In this document: piece after piece, positions 44,218 through 56,657 of the stretch
Position numbering within the stretch: position 1 is the first letter of the stretch
How the letters are laid out: each line of letters starts with the position of its first letter
NCBI GenBank assembly: GCA_004764695.1
Contig: SMSO01000025.1
Span: forward strand, 2,728,001 to 2,792,000
Reading direction: 5' to 3'
Source of the DNA: Schizochytrium sp. TIO01
Lineage: Eukaryota > Protista > Bigyra: Labyrinthulomycetes
Length of the DNA: 64,000 nucleotides
Made by a program: the position numbers and the translations under genes
The notes under the pieces: generated by a model
Told to the model about the DNA's origin: nothing
The model's input: only the letters and a program-made list of their open reading frames with translations
Databases searched by the model: none

Positions 44218-47200
44218 TGTCCAGCTCTGAAACGTCGGGCTCCTCCCACGAATGGTCTGTCTCTCAGCTCGAGTCCACGATGGGTCCGTGTTGAGAAAGG
44301 GCTGCACACAGTTCCTGTACTTGTCGAGTAAAAAATTCGATGACTTTATCTTGAATCAGGTTTGTCGCCCTGGCGAAGTTCTAGCTGGCAAAAAGTTTCT
44401 CACAAACTCCCAGCACCCTTGTCGTGTTTGTTGGCTCTGAATTTTTTTAGGCGATGAAATTCAACCTCTTATTTGCATTACTTCACTCTCTGGTGTGTAA
44501 GGTCAAGCTATAAGAGGAGTTGTTCTGAAAATTAATAGAAATTTATCCTGTTCGAGAGTCAAGAACAACTCACGGAGCGGCTGGCACATTTAGGTTCTAG
44601 AATCGTGCCACGCTTTACTTTTCGTCTCTCAACGTTTGAGCTAGACGCAAGGGTTGCAGTAAATATAGTGAATCGCATAATGTTTCTACTAAGCGGCACG
44701 TGCTAGCTAGAGGAGCTATAATTTGAAAGGGCCGAATCATATTAGTTCATATATTGCGATTTAAGGATTGCCCAACCAGGGAGCCTCCGGGATCTGTGAT
44801 ACTGTCCTCTAGCTAGTTAAATAATTGCTTGAATCGCACACGAAAAGAAGGATCCACTGAAAGAAATACAATCATAGTTTTAAAAGCTCTTTGGGCCACC
44901 CCGCAGGGGGGAGGACTTGGCCTTGAGGTTCTCGGCTGCCCAGGGCATTCTTGAAGGATGTCTTGGTTTTGAAGAACTTGAGAGCATGTCCTATCTAGCT
45001 GACCTTTTTCATTTTAGAAAAAAATGAAAAGAAAAGAATAGAGTCTGAGAAAATAAGAAGCGTAATCGATTTCTATCATCACGAACTTGACAGTGTCAGG
45101 AGCCGTCGACTAAGATCTAGGACAGAGAAATGGGAGGCATCTACTAAGAACACACTGGCACTGAAGTCTTATTTTATTCCCCAAGCTCAGCCATAGCAAG
45201 ATCGAGCGGTCCTTTGCTAATTAGTCTTAGTATGTCTGATCATTTTTCTTTTCCTTCTCTGATAGTACTATATACCCTTCTACCTAATAGGTAGGTATGC
45301 TCAACACCAAAAACAATGCAAAGAGAAATCTTAGTCCGGTCAAGCTCAAGGCGCGTGGCACAAATAAAATTGTCCATTCCCTGGGTTGACACATTGGATA
45401 ATAATTGTAATCTATAAGTTACTCTGTCAGTTCCTTCAGCTTAAGCACCGCAAGCTATGGCAATATCTCCTATCCAAACAGACTGGTCCTTCCCCTGACT
45501 GATTAAAACAATCGTTGTTATCTTCAAGCAGCCTGCGAAAGGGGCGCGTGCACCACTACCAATATAGATTATTCAGCCATGGTACTTATTATCGTGATGG
45601 TAGGTGTGCACTTATAAGTCGGGGGAGCAACGAACGCGCCAGCTCTGATAGCATTTATTGCTGATGAAGCTGGAAAGAACATCAGACTACTGGGCTCCTT
45701 TAGACTCGTTTTGCATTTAGAAGCAGAAAGTAGTTACCTATGCGTGAGAGAAGCACTGACAATCCAGGTGCGCTTCATAAGGGAAGTTGCCAACCAAATA
45801 ATTAGTAACCAAACGACTCCTGACTTATAATATTTCAGGCAAAAACAAACAAAGCAACATATCTCTAGTTACCATACATTCTTATACTGTACTTTCATTA
45901 TCTCGGAAAAGAGTTCAACGAGCTATACATCGTTGAACTTAGCGACAACTATTATTCTATGATTTCATTGGCGTTGAAGACTAGCACTGATTTGTTTATC
46001 TCCGGGTAGAAGCACCCTTTTGTTTCAATTTAGTTAGCACTGATGCTAATTTTGCTTCAGAGATATTTTATCAAGTTTGTGTAGTTCCAATGGTAAATGT
46101 GCTATTCTGATGAGACAGCTCAGGAGGGAGCAGAAAACGTCTTTAACATGTGTGCGTGTTTGGATAAATTCTGCACGCATTATATGGTTGAGTAGTTGCT
46201 ATAGAATGCTGATGAGTCAAGTAATAAAAAGAAGGCCTGAATTTACCAGAGTCCTTGCACGGTATTCCTTTGTACTTCTAAATAATATTATAGCGTTCCC
46301 GATTAATTTGCTGTCAACAATATCTTAAGACTACTCTAAGAAAGTTTAAATTTCTAACCTGATGCTTGTTCCTGTTGTGAGAACATCTCACCATTCCTGT
46401 ATCATTTTTTATTGTCTGTTTTAAAAAGCGGTGAATCAGATCGTAAAAGGTGTTTTTGCCCTGGAGAGCCCATTCCACTTACGCATGGTACCTAATAAAT
46501 CATCTCAATGTACAGACCCTCTGATTTAAACTTTGCAAGCACGATTGACTGAATAACCCTGGTTTGCGTTCGAATAAAGGATGGTGACTAAACCCCATGC
46601 AAGGCCATCTGGTGCTTGATCCTGTGTATCTCCTTACAATTAATAGGAACTTCGTTAAGTGCCTTTGAGCATTCTAATCAGAATTTATATGGTTTCTTCT
46701 AATCCTCGACTCTATACCACGATTGGCCTGGGAATTCTCTTTCTGTGAGGATGAGCCCTAATTATGGTTTCCCTGCTTCTTACTAACCCCTTCGCATGAA
46801 CTCGATGACAGAGCTTGCGCAAGTTCTTCTTATAACCCTGAAGTAGTTTAAAGCTTGGTTTGTAACGATGCCTCTATCGTGCCACTAGTACGACTAAGGT
46901 TCTTACGACTGCTTCTGTTTCTTTGTCGCTAGTCATAGTAGGTATACTTAGGTTCTGTCTATAATATTGCTATATAATAGCAGTTTCACGTAGGCCACCG
47001 ACAAAGGTGTAGGCCTCTTTGTCGCTTGAATAGGCAGAAACAATGTTGGTACTAATACTAGGGAGTTTCGCTTAAGTCACCGACAAAGGTTGCAGTGTTT
47101 TCGTCGCATTGCTACCACCACTGCCGGGTAGTAGTAGGTAGTACCGACATCCTTCACAGGAAACTTTCGTCGTGGTAGGGAAATCTTCATAAGCTTACCT

Positions 47201-47480
47201 ATGGCAAGTTTCAAGGTTGCCAGGGCTCATATGAACCACTTCGGTCTGAAAATTATAGTTGCCATATGTATTTTAGAAAACACCTGCTAAGAATCCCCTT
47301 TTCGAAGGGATGCGAGAACCGGCAATTGCGAGATGAGGAATAGCAAATCCTGAATTTCGTTGAGAGCAGAATCCGCATATTGCCACAACAATCAAACTTT
47401 GAAGCCTTCAAGCAATCGAGAATCTTTAAGGATCCATACGAAGGATTATCTGTTATTGAAATAGAAATAAATCTAGCCGA

Positions 47481-48560
47481 ATGTGGGGTACTGTTCTTAT
47501 TGTTGGAGCAGGCGGCTGCACAGGACGGGCAGTTCTCAAGATCCTCGTTGAAGAAAACAAGGCTGCAAATGTCGTCCTTACGAGCCGTCGCGGCAAGTTG
47601 GCTGGAATCCCAGACTCTACAACCTCCACGAAAATCGAGGTTAAACCGCTAGACATGGTCGAGGGAGACGTTGACGACCTTACCAAGCTTTGCCAAGAAG
47701 TCCAGCCCGATATCATGTTCTGCGTGCTTGGTTTGGCCAAGTACCATGTCAAGGCATGGGGCCCAGGATGGCCAAAAATCTCTGACGGTCTCTTGCAAGC
47801 CTGCAAGACCACGCAGGTTCCCCTCATCTTCATGGATAACTTGTACGCATTTGGTCCCGAAGGGATGGCCCGCATGCCTCTTCGCGAGAGCGACACGACT
47901 TTCACAGAAAGCGGTACAAAGACCAAGTCTCAGGTTCGTGCGGCCATGACTCGCAAGTTTCTTGCTGCCAGCGAAGCCGGCGAGGCCAAGATTGCGTTGG
48001 TTCGAGCATCTGACTTCTTTGGTCCAGATACAGACATTGGCATGCTCAACATCATGTGGCCGGATGCTGTGAGCGGGAACCGCGTTACCTTTCTTGGCGA
48101 CCCGACAAAGATTCATGCACAAACCTATGTGCCAGATGTCGCTCGAGCGCTCATTTTGGTTGGCGAGAACCCGGATACGTGGGGCCGTGCATGGCACACG
48201 CCAACGCAACCGGACATGACCATGTTGGATTGGTTAAGGACGATTCTCAAGTTCAATGGCAAACCCTACAAAGATTTGAAGTATAGATGTCTGGATGGCT
48301 TTTTCTTAAAGGCCTTGTCTTGGTTCATGGAGGACGTTGATGGTCTTCGTGACGTTGTCTTCATGTGGAAAGAGGATTACACTGTAAATTCCGATGAGTT
48401 TATGGCTCGTTTTCCTGATTTCAAGCCCACACCGCTCCAAGATGCTTTACGAGAGCTAAAGGCCTACATTGACGCTGCCGAGAGTACTCCTCCTTTGCCT
48501 CCAGGCCTGCAGCAACTGGCGCGGTTTATGCATGGTAAGGATGTGAAGAAGGCAAAGTGA
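47481..48560 (+). CDS. Atypical SDR / NAD(P)-dependent epimerase-dehydratase family, copy 1
   Basis: Rossmann motif LIVGAGGCTG, plus DNLYAFGP, RASDFFGP, HAQTYVPDVARAL and WGRAWH; intronless. Confidence 0.9.
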   Translation: MWGTVLIVGAGGCTGRAVLKILVEENKAANVVLTSRRGKLAGIPDSTTSTKIEVKPLDMVEGDVDDLTKLCQEVQPDIMFCVLGLAKYHVKAWGPGWPKISDGLLQACKTTQVPLIFMDNLYAFGPEGMARMPLRESDTTFTESGTKTKSQVRAAMTRKFLAASEAGEAKIALVRASDFFGPDTDIGMLNIMWPDAVSGNRVTFLGDPTKIHAQTYVPDVARALILVGENPDTWGRAWHTPTQPDMTMLDWLRTILKFNGKPYKDLKYRCLDGFFLKALSWFMEDVDGLRDVVFMWKEDYTVNSDEFMARFPDFKPTPLQDALRELKAYIDAAESTPPLPPGLQQLARFMHGKDVKKAK

Positions 48561-49535
48561 ATCTCATCTTTTGTATCCTGCTCTACATTACAATAAATAC
48601 TTCTGCAGAGTGTAATGCAATAACCTAATTTTTTCCCTAAACATCAGTTCTCACAGTTGAAAAATATTGCAATTTTCTAAGGAGGGCCTCAGTCTAGCAA
48701 CCTCCAGTCTTGGCAACCTATAAATTCATATAATCATTAAGAAGCCATGACCTGCTTTAATACGCTACGCAGTCCTAATTCTTCTTGTAATTCTTTAACT
48801 AGCCTCCATATGAATGTTCTGAATGCCCCAAACCATGATTCATCACTAGCCGTCGCGCAAACTCATCCATCTTCTCTAGCTAGAGTAACTAGGTGGGTAG
48901 TACGTAGTAAACTCCTCTTACTCCACTTGGCGTATCTCACATTTCGCCACAAAGTATAGTTGGAACAATCTTAGCTTCCAACATAGATAGGTACCACTTA
49001 GCAAGAGAACAAAGAAAGAAAGATATGAAAAGAGCCAACAGTGTGATCGTGCGAGGGCACTCCTATGGTTTCCACTATTGTTAGCCATAGGAGCTACCTT
49101 GCCATGGTGAGCGACATCAGAACTTGAAAAATAGCATCAAAACATGTGCTACTCCACTTGTAAGAGCGATCGCGATGCGACATCGAATCACTCTGCTGAA
49201 TAGCCATGCTGCTGGATAGATCTGGGATCTTGAAGGTAGAAACTGCACGAAGCCTTTGATGAGTATGTGTAGAAGCACTGGCAGAATTCAGAAGAAGAGA
49301 CTTTTAGGTCTAGTTCTGCCATGCTATCGTGCCAACCGACATCAAACGATATGGTAATTGCGTATTTCGCAAATCCTCTCTTTGTGCGTTACAGCGAAGA
49401 GTCAGCAACGAGGTCGCTATGTACCATTAGCACAACGGTGTTGAGACTTTTGATTCAGGCAGAACCGCCAGCAAATTGAAATTCTTAGCAAGTAGAACGG
49501 AGCAACACTTCAAAGCAAACCTCAAATACCCACCC

Positions 49536-49680
49536 ACCAGCAGTGGCCACAGCACCAGCAGCAGAAGCAGCACCAGCAGCACCAGAAGCAGCAGCACCAG
49601 AAGCAGCAGCACCAGAAGCAGCAGCACCAGAAGCAGCAGCAGCAACAGCAGCAACAGCAACAGCAGCAGCAGCAACAGCG
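49536..49680 (+). repeat. CAG-rich minisatellite with a 15-bp unit (caccagaagcagcag) just upstream of SDR copy 2
   Basis: Directly visible; the frame of the SDR ATG is closed by TGA at 49695-49697. Confidence 0.9.
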
Positions 49681-49721
49681 ATCGAACTTTGAATTGATTC
49701 CAACCTCGCAGCTCAAGAAAA

Positions 49722-50738
49722 ATGTGGGACACTGTTCTTATTGTTGGAGCAGGCGGCTGCACAGGACGGGCAGTTCTCAAGATCCTCGTTGAAGAAAACA
49801 AGGCTGCAAATGTCGTCCTTACGAGCCGTAGCGGCAAGTTGGCTGGAATCCCAGACTCTACAACCTCCACGAAAATCGAGGTTAAACCACTAGACATGGT
49901 CGAGGGAGACGTTGACGACCTCACCAAGCTTTGCCAAGAAGTCCAGCCCGATATCATGTTCTGCGTGCTTGGTTTGGCCAAGTACCATATCAAGGCATGG
50001 GGCCCAGGATGGCCAAAGATCTCTGACGGTCTCTTGCGAGCCTGCAAGACCACGCAGGTTCCCCTCATCTTCATGGACAACTTGTATGCATTTGGTCCCG
50101 AAGGGATGGCCCGCATGCCTCTTCGCGAGAGCGACACGACTTTCACAGAAAGCGGTACAAAGACCAAGCCTCAGGTTCGTGCGGCCATGACTCGCAAGTT
50201 TCTTGCTGCCAGCGAAGCCGGCGAGGCCAAGATTGCGTTGGTTCGAGCATCTGACTTCTTTGGTCCATATGCCGGCACCGGCATTCTAAACCTAGTATGG
50301 TCAGACGCTGTGAGCGGGAACCGCGTTACCTTTCTTGGCGACCCGACAAAGATTCATGCACAAACCTATGTGCCAGATGTCGCTCGAGCGCTGATCTTGG
50401 TTGGCGAGAACCCGGATACGTGGGGCCGTGCATGGCACACGCCAACGCAACCGGACATGACCATGTTGGATTGGTTAAGGACGATTCTCAAGTTCAACGG
50501 CAAGCCCGACACAAAGCTGAAGTACATGCGTGCAGATGGCTTACTTCTGAAAGTTCTTTCCTGGTTCATGGAGGACGTTGACGGTCTTCGTGACGTTGTC
50601 TTCATGTGGAAAGGAGATTACACTGTAAATTCCGACGAGTTTATGGCTCGTTTTCCTGATTTCAAGCCCACACCGCTCCAAGATGCTCTCCAAGGTCTCA
50701 AGGACTGGTTCGACTCTCAAGACAAACCATCCGCCTAA
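49722..50738 (+). CDS. Atypical SDR, copy 2 (near-identical to copy 1)
   Basis: Same motifs as copy 1; the DNA is almost identical at offset 2241. Confidence 0.9.
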   Translation: MWDTVLIVGAGGCTGRAVLKILVEENKAANVVLTSRSGKLAGIPDSTTSTKIEVKPLDMVEGDVDDLTKLCQEVQPDIMFCVLGLAKYHIKAWGPGWPKISDGLLRACKTTQVPLIFMDNLYAFGPEGMARMPLRESDTTFTESGTKTKPQVRAAMTRKFLAASEAGEAKIALVRASDFFGPYAGTGILNLVWSDAVSGNRVTFLGDPTKIHAQTYVPDVARALILVGENPDTWGRAWHTPTQPDMTMLDWLRTILKFNGKPDTKLKYMRADGLLLKVLSWFMEDVDGLRDVVFMWKGDYTVNSDEFMARFPDFKPTPLQDALQGLKDWFDSQDKPSA

Positions 50739-51862
50739 CCCCACTTGCATGCAGTCCATGCTCTGTAGATATGATACACACGAGTTAGCTCCTTAAACCT
50801 CAACTTTCCATCTTCTTGTTGCAGTGCTTGCTTCCCTCATCCACTTCCTACGCTGCTTTCCGCAGAGCCTCTCATTTCACCTTTGTTTCCGAGAATCCAA
50901 GTTCACCAAAGCTTGCTTGCTCGCTCGCTCGCTCTAGAGAAGAGATGGCCTGCACCAAGTTCCAAAGCTACAGACAAGCTGCTGGCTGCCGGTTTCTTTG
51001 AGCAGCCGTACGCCGATCGAATTTATTGTCGAAGTCCATGGCGCCAGTCAAGCTGCAAATCTTCGACTCCGGGTCTGTCTCAGTTCCTGCAAACGTCCCA
51101 AGTCGAGTCGCACACCCCTACGTAGGAAGTTAGCTAGGGCTGCATACTGGAAAGCTTGGCCAGCTTCGCTCCCTTGCTTGCGCATTGCGGGGTCCCTTGA
51201 CTACGGGTACTATCACGGCACGAATCTCCGCACTTGGAGTCTTGCAGCCTATGCCTACCTACCTACATAGTAAGGACAGTTGTAGCTCGTACATCTGAAG
51301 AAGCCGCATTGATTTGGCTGTGTCAGTCAGCTTGAGCCTTTAGAGTCTTGTGAAAGCGAAGAATGATGCAGCGACCTCGGAACTCTGCTCCACGTTGCGG
51401 GGGCTTCGATTTTGTATCTCGGGTGCCGATGAAAGAAAACAGCAGAAGAGTTTGTTTGCTAGTGGACACTACATGATTGTAGTTTCTGTCGAACTCTGCT
51501 TACCTTCTTGGCTGTTTGAGACGCACTGCCGACGACAAGGTCGCTCGAGCGGCTTAAAGATGCGGCTAGTGGGCAGGAGATAAATTGGGCCTTTAGAGTC
51601 ACGGTAGAAGTGAGATGAACTGGTCGTCGGCACCTCTCTCTAATTGAGAGTATGTCTATTAAAAGCAAGAAATTATTGTGAGTGGTTATAGGTTAGTAGC
51701 TTTGACTCGAGTTTCTACCAAAGTAAAAGGGTCGATAGAGAGTATCGATGTATCAGAATCAGTTAACTTGGATTTGAGGGAGATCCTGCAGCAGAACTCG
51801 AACGTGGAGCCAAGAAATTGCAGCAAGTGGACTTTCGAAAGAGACAACACGATTAACAGGCG

Positions 51863-52897
51863 ATGTGGAGCACAGCGCTTATTGTAGGCGCAGGAGGTTG
51901 CACGGGCCGAGCTGTGCTGGACGTTTTGGTGAGCGAAGCCAAGGCCTCACGAATTATTCTTACGAGCCGTGGAGGACAGCTGAAGGACCTACCAGAGACG
52001 AAAGAAAATGTTAACGTTGAAGTGATGCCCCTTGACATGATTGATGGCGATCTTGAAGACCTGACAAAAATGTGTCAGGAAACTAAGCCCGATGTGATGT
52101 TTTGCTGCATCGGTATCCCAAAGTACCATGTGAAGGCATGGGGACCAGGCTGGCCTAAGATCGCTGATCGTCTTATCCTTGCCTGTAAAACGACAAAGGT
52201 TCCGCTGGTCTTCATGGATAACCTTTACGCCTTTGGTCCCGAAGGCATGCAGCGCATGCCTTTACTGGAAACAGATACAGAGTTCGTTTCTGTGGATAAG
52301 GCTGGCCCTAGCACCAAACCGCAGGCTCGGGGTCTCATCACACGCAAGTTTCTCGCTGCAAATGTTGCAGATGGAACGCAGATTACCTTGGTTCGTGCTG
52401 CGGACTTTTTTGGCCCTCGTGTTGGTGCTAGCGTCCTGCATCTTGCTTGGGCAGATATCATGAAAAATAAGACCCCGAACTTGCTGGGAAACCCCAAGAA
52501 ACTTCATGCGCAAACTTATGTACCTGACATTGCAAGAGCCCTTGTACTTGTTGCAGAAAATCCTGATACTTGGGGTCGTGCTTGGCATGTGCCAACGATC
52601 CAGCCTGACAAAGCCATGGAAGAGTGGATTCGTGACATCCTTCGTATTAACAACAAACCGCACGAAGGGAAGCTTCATTACATGGCCCTGGATGGGATTT
52701 TGCTTCGTTTTCTCTCCTTTTTCATGGAAGACGTTGATGGTCTTCGTGATACGATGTTCATGTGGAGGGGTGACTACACAGCAAGCTCAAAGGATTTTGA
52801 GGCACGATTTCCAGACTATAAAGCAACTCCTCTGGAGGAAGCACTTCAAACAACAAATGAGTGGTTTCTTGCACAACAGCAACTCCCCACAAAGTAA
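51863..52897 (+). CDS. Atypical SDR, copy 3
   Basis: LIVGAGGCTG, DNLYAFGP, RAADFFGP and WGRAWH; more diverged than copies 1 and 2. Confidence 0.9.
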   Translation: MWSTALIVGAGGCTGRAVLDVLVSEAKASRIILTSRGGQLKDLPETKENVNVEVMPLDMIDGDLEDLTKMCQETKPDVMFCCIGIPKYHVKAWGPGWPKIADRLILACKTTKVPLVFMDNLYAFGPEGMQRMPLLETDTEFVSVDKAGPSTKPQARGLITRKFLAANVADGTQITLVRAADFFGPRVGASVLHLAWADIMKNKTPNLLGNPKKLHAQTYVPDIARALVLVAENPDTWGRAWHVPTIQPDKAMEEWIRDILRINNKPHEGKLHYMALDGILLRFLSFFMEDVDGLRDTMFMWRGDYTASSKDFEARFPDYKATPLEEALQTTNEWFLAQQQLPTK

Positions 52898-55800
52898 TTA
52901 AAGTTGGGCACGTTTGCTCGCGTTGCTTAATTGAAGATATTTATCAAGCAAAGGTGCTGTGTAGGCGTCCTATATCATGCAAAAGCACCTCGGTAATCTG
53001 TAGGCCGCATCTTCAATCTGAAGCTTCACGACATTTCATCAATTAACTAAGATGCCACATCTTCGGGCAGCTTAATATGGATGTTGCTCAGCCCCTTCAA
53101 GATTCACAATTTTATGAAACACAGCAAGCATCTATGTCCAAGCCTGCTTTAAATGAGAAACGAAGATTTTACAAGACATAAAGAAAAATTTCATACTAGA
53201 TAGCACTCTGACTTGTCGGAGGAAGTTAACACTCTAAAAAGAGAACATCAGTAATCATCTTCATGTCATCAGAACCGACCAAATTCAGTATATCTCGACC
53301 CTATCCCGGGCACATTGTTGCCACCTGAAAATCTTGAGTGAGTGATTATTTTCTAAAAGAAATTTAATGAAATTGAGGTTCATCAGCTGTACAGCTAGAT
53401 TTATTGAATAATGCAAACTACAAGCTGCCACTTCTTCCGTAATAATGAGCCAGTCTTCTTTCGACAGGGTGATTCATGCCTATGAGTATATCTTCGACCT
53501 TCGACAGTCACCGAAACAGAGCTTATGCTTTCACTTCTGTCGCACAACAGATTTAAAGATCAAGTCAGTGGAGCCGACGCCATAACGCATGTGAGTCTCT
53601 CCTCCTAATTTCAAGGAATTTTATGTAATCTTTGATGAATTATATTAAGCGTCCTTGTTTGTTTCAGGTTAATGGCAAGAGTCTCCACTGTAGACGTTCC
53701 AAATCGCTGGAGCGAAAAAACTTGACATATTCAGCTACGCGTCTACCTTGGCTACACCTGATGACTAGGGTTTCACAATCCATGTGCCCCTGACTCGCAT
53801 GGGAAAATGATAGAGCTCAACCTTCGGGAGGTGCAAGCAACACTAACTACGTCCGAACCAATCGTGTTCATATATCTAATCAGCGCTTTCTCTTAGCATC
53901 TTAGCCGCGCCTACTTCATCTACATACTAGCATATGTCTTTTCTTATAAGTTGTTTCACAGCTTTAACAAAATTGCAGAATTGTCATCGGATCAATAATA
54001 AATTTGGGGAAAACTTGCATTGTCATTGGGCCGTCTAGCACTTACAATAGAATGATTCCATAATTTGTCACTCTGTAAGTTGAAGCAAGCTCGAAAGCAG
54101 GTTCTCTAGCAGCGCATACGCTTAATTCTGTAACCGATAGATGCAAATGTGGACCACGACAATCTACAGGTACAAGATAACTACGCCCTCAGGTAGGAGT
54201 TTGGAAATGAAGGACGCTGGCACGCCGTCCGACCTCGTTTAACTCCTTAGACCACCCCGACAACTCCAGTTGTTAATGATATTTCCAGAGAACCAATGCC
54301 CACCATTCATCCATATAAAGCTTCAGTCGCGTGAATCAAAGTACAGCTATATACCCTCATGCGGCCCTGAACTTTCAAGTTATGACCAAACTGCGCAGGT
54401 ATTTTAGGTCCGCAGAGCTTTCCAAGTTTTATACTGCTTTCTATACTCCAAGTTAAGTTACGTCAATACACCCTCTCTTTATAATACTAGGTAGGTACCT
54501 CCCTACGTAGAAGAAGTAGTATTTTTAGCTTTAAAAGTATATATATATATAGAAAGAGACGCTAGTAGTCGTAATTAGATCGTCATCACTGATTCGTCAG
54601 CGGTACTTGAATCATTGACGTTTGTGCTCAGAGTCAGCGGCATAATCAAGGCACTTGCCGGAAGGACAAAAAGAAAAGGCTCTAGAACTTAGGTTGCAGC
54701 CGAGTTTGCAAGAGCTCGTAGAGCTTCTGGATCATGTTTTTTGCCGTAGGTAGGAAACTCGCTCAAGAGGTGAAATCGTGAAGAGTCTCGATTCGTGCCA
54801 ATTCAATAGATTGAGCGATCGGAGCCGAAAAGTACGGGTTTAGGCGTATCGCTGATGCTGCATTGATTCTACGTGAGATCAAACTTCGCGAGGATGAACT
54901 GCAATTCCACCGATATCAGAAAGTGAGCGAGTGCGACACACACACGACTTGAAAGCCGAAAGCTGTTCTTCGAAGTTGGTGATTGAGTTAAAGCAAGTGC
55001 TGATGAAAACAGTCCTCTCATTCACCAAAAAAAAATTAGAATTAATAAAGATACACTTGAAGAAGGAAAAGTGCCAGGTAGAGTAGAAGACCATACATTG
55101 CGAAATGATGACATCGACAACGATGACCTCATCCCTCTACAAGTCGATGCATACGCAGAAGCATTGGCATCAAATATCATGATTCACAGTTCCGCAACAA
55201 TCAATCATGTGTGAGTGAAGGCTTTGGAATTCAAGCTAGCTATAGGTAGGCTGTTCAGCCAAGGTTCAGAGGCCTTTCCATTAGATTAAAAAACAAAAAA
55301 AGAAAACATTTTATTATTAATATGAAAAAAAGAGATGAAAGAATCAAGTTCAAGTTGAAGTTCAAGTTGATGTTCAAGGTGATTGTTGAAGTGAAATAGA
55401 AATGGAGTCCACCCAAGGCCTTATTTCAGGGCGGCCTGGCTTCGTGAAGACACAGAGAGCGCCGACGCAAATGCCGCGCCGGCCGGGGTTTCGGGCACAC
55501 TGCCGCGAGAGGCCACGTTTGTGCACTCGGTGAATTCCGTGGGTTCTTTCATTTGGGTAATTGGACCTTTCATACGTTCGACTATTTTTTTCTCTCTTTT
55601 CTTTCTTTCTCTCTTTTGTTTGATTGTTTGTTTGTTTCTTTTGTTTCTTTCCTTTTATTCAGTCTTTTCTTTCAATTTACTCTACAACTGAGCTATTCAT
55701 TCGTGATTTGCTGCGATTTGCGGCAATTTGTGAGGACTTAAAGCTGTGATTTGCGAGGATCATGGACAAAGAACCAAACGCAATCGCGATGACCTCTTCG

Positions 55801-56657
55801 TGCTCAACGTTGAGCTTGAATCAATGTACGTATGTGTGATAAAGCCCCGTTTGTAGATAGGTGGGTACTGGCATGAGCGGAGAGGGGCATTGATTGCAGT
55901 TTACTGATGTAATACAAAGGAAGTATTTGGTGTGATGTGATGTAAATGTTTTAATGATGCAATTCAGGCTTCAAGAACGAAGACGATTCTAAGAGTTGGA
56001 AACGGGATTTGTTTGTTTTATTAAGCTTTTGGCAAGACCGACTCGAGGTGACGAAGAGGAAGAGATCGGGACGGCTCTGCAGAACTGCTTTGCTCAAGAT
56101 GCACGACTCTTAGCACGACCTCTGTGGCAGGCAAAGCAAACTCGCAACTGCAGAGACTGGCAGCAGAAGAAGAAGCAGTCATAGCTCGAACTTGAAGGTC
56201 ATTCCTACGGCGTAGCTGAGCTTAATATACTAAGCTTACATAAGGAAGGCCCTCTGGTCTGTTTTAAGAAGCGCTGCTTAAGGTACGAAAGACGTTTGTT
56301 TATTGAGCACGGGTCAGAGAGGAACTGCAGTTCGCTGCAAATCCATAACACGCTCACTCGAGGGACGAGTGCTAACAAGTGGAAGCCCTTCCTGCAGGAT
56401 CTAGTTGGAGAAGTCAGAGCCAATACCTCTACTGCTTGGTAGGGTACGCACGCGTACAAGAAGGAGACCCTTGATTCTCTGCTTGTTGGAGAGGAACTAG
56501 TAGTCGTGGTGCACGCTTTTTAGAAGGAAGAATTGTTTCAAGTTCTGGGCAAAAGTTGTGCAGGCAAGAGAACGTGTGAGCAGCAGGCAGGCAGTCAAGC
56601 AGTCAAGCAGTAAATCCTAAATATCAGAAGACGCAATTCTCAAAAAGCTGCTGCAGG

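Noticed and set aside
49427-50167. Poly-Leu, poly-Cys, poly-Ala and poly-Ser ORFs around 49.5 kb
   Set aside because: Reading frames of the CAG minisatellite and antisense of SDR copy 2.
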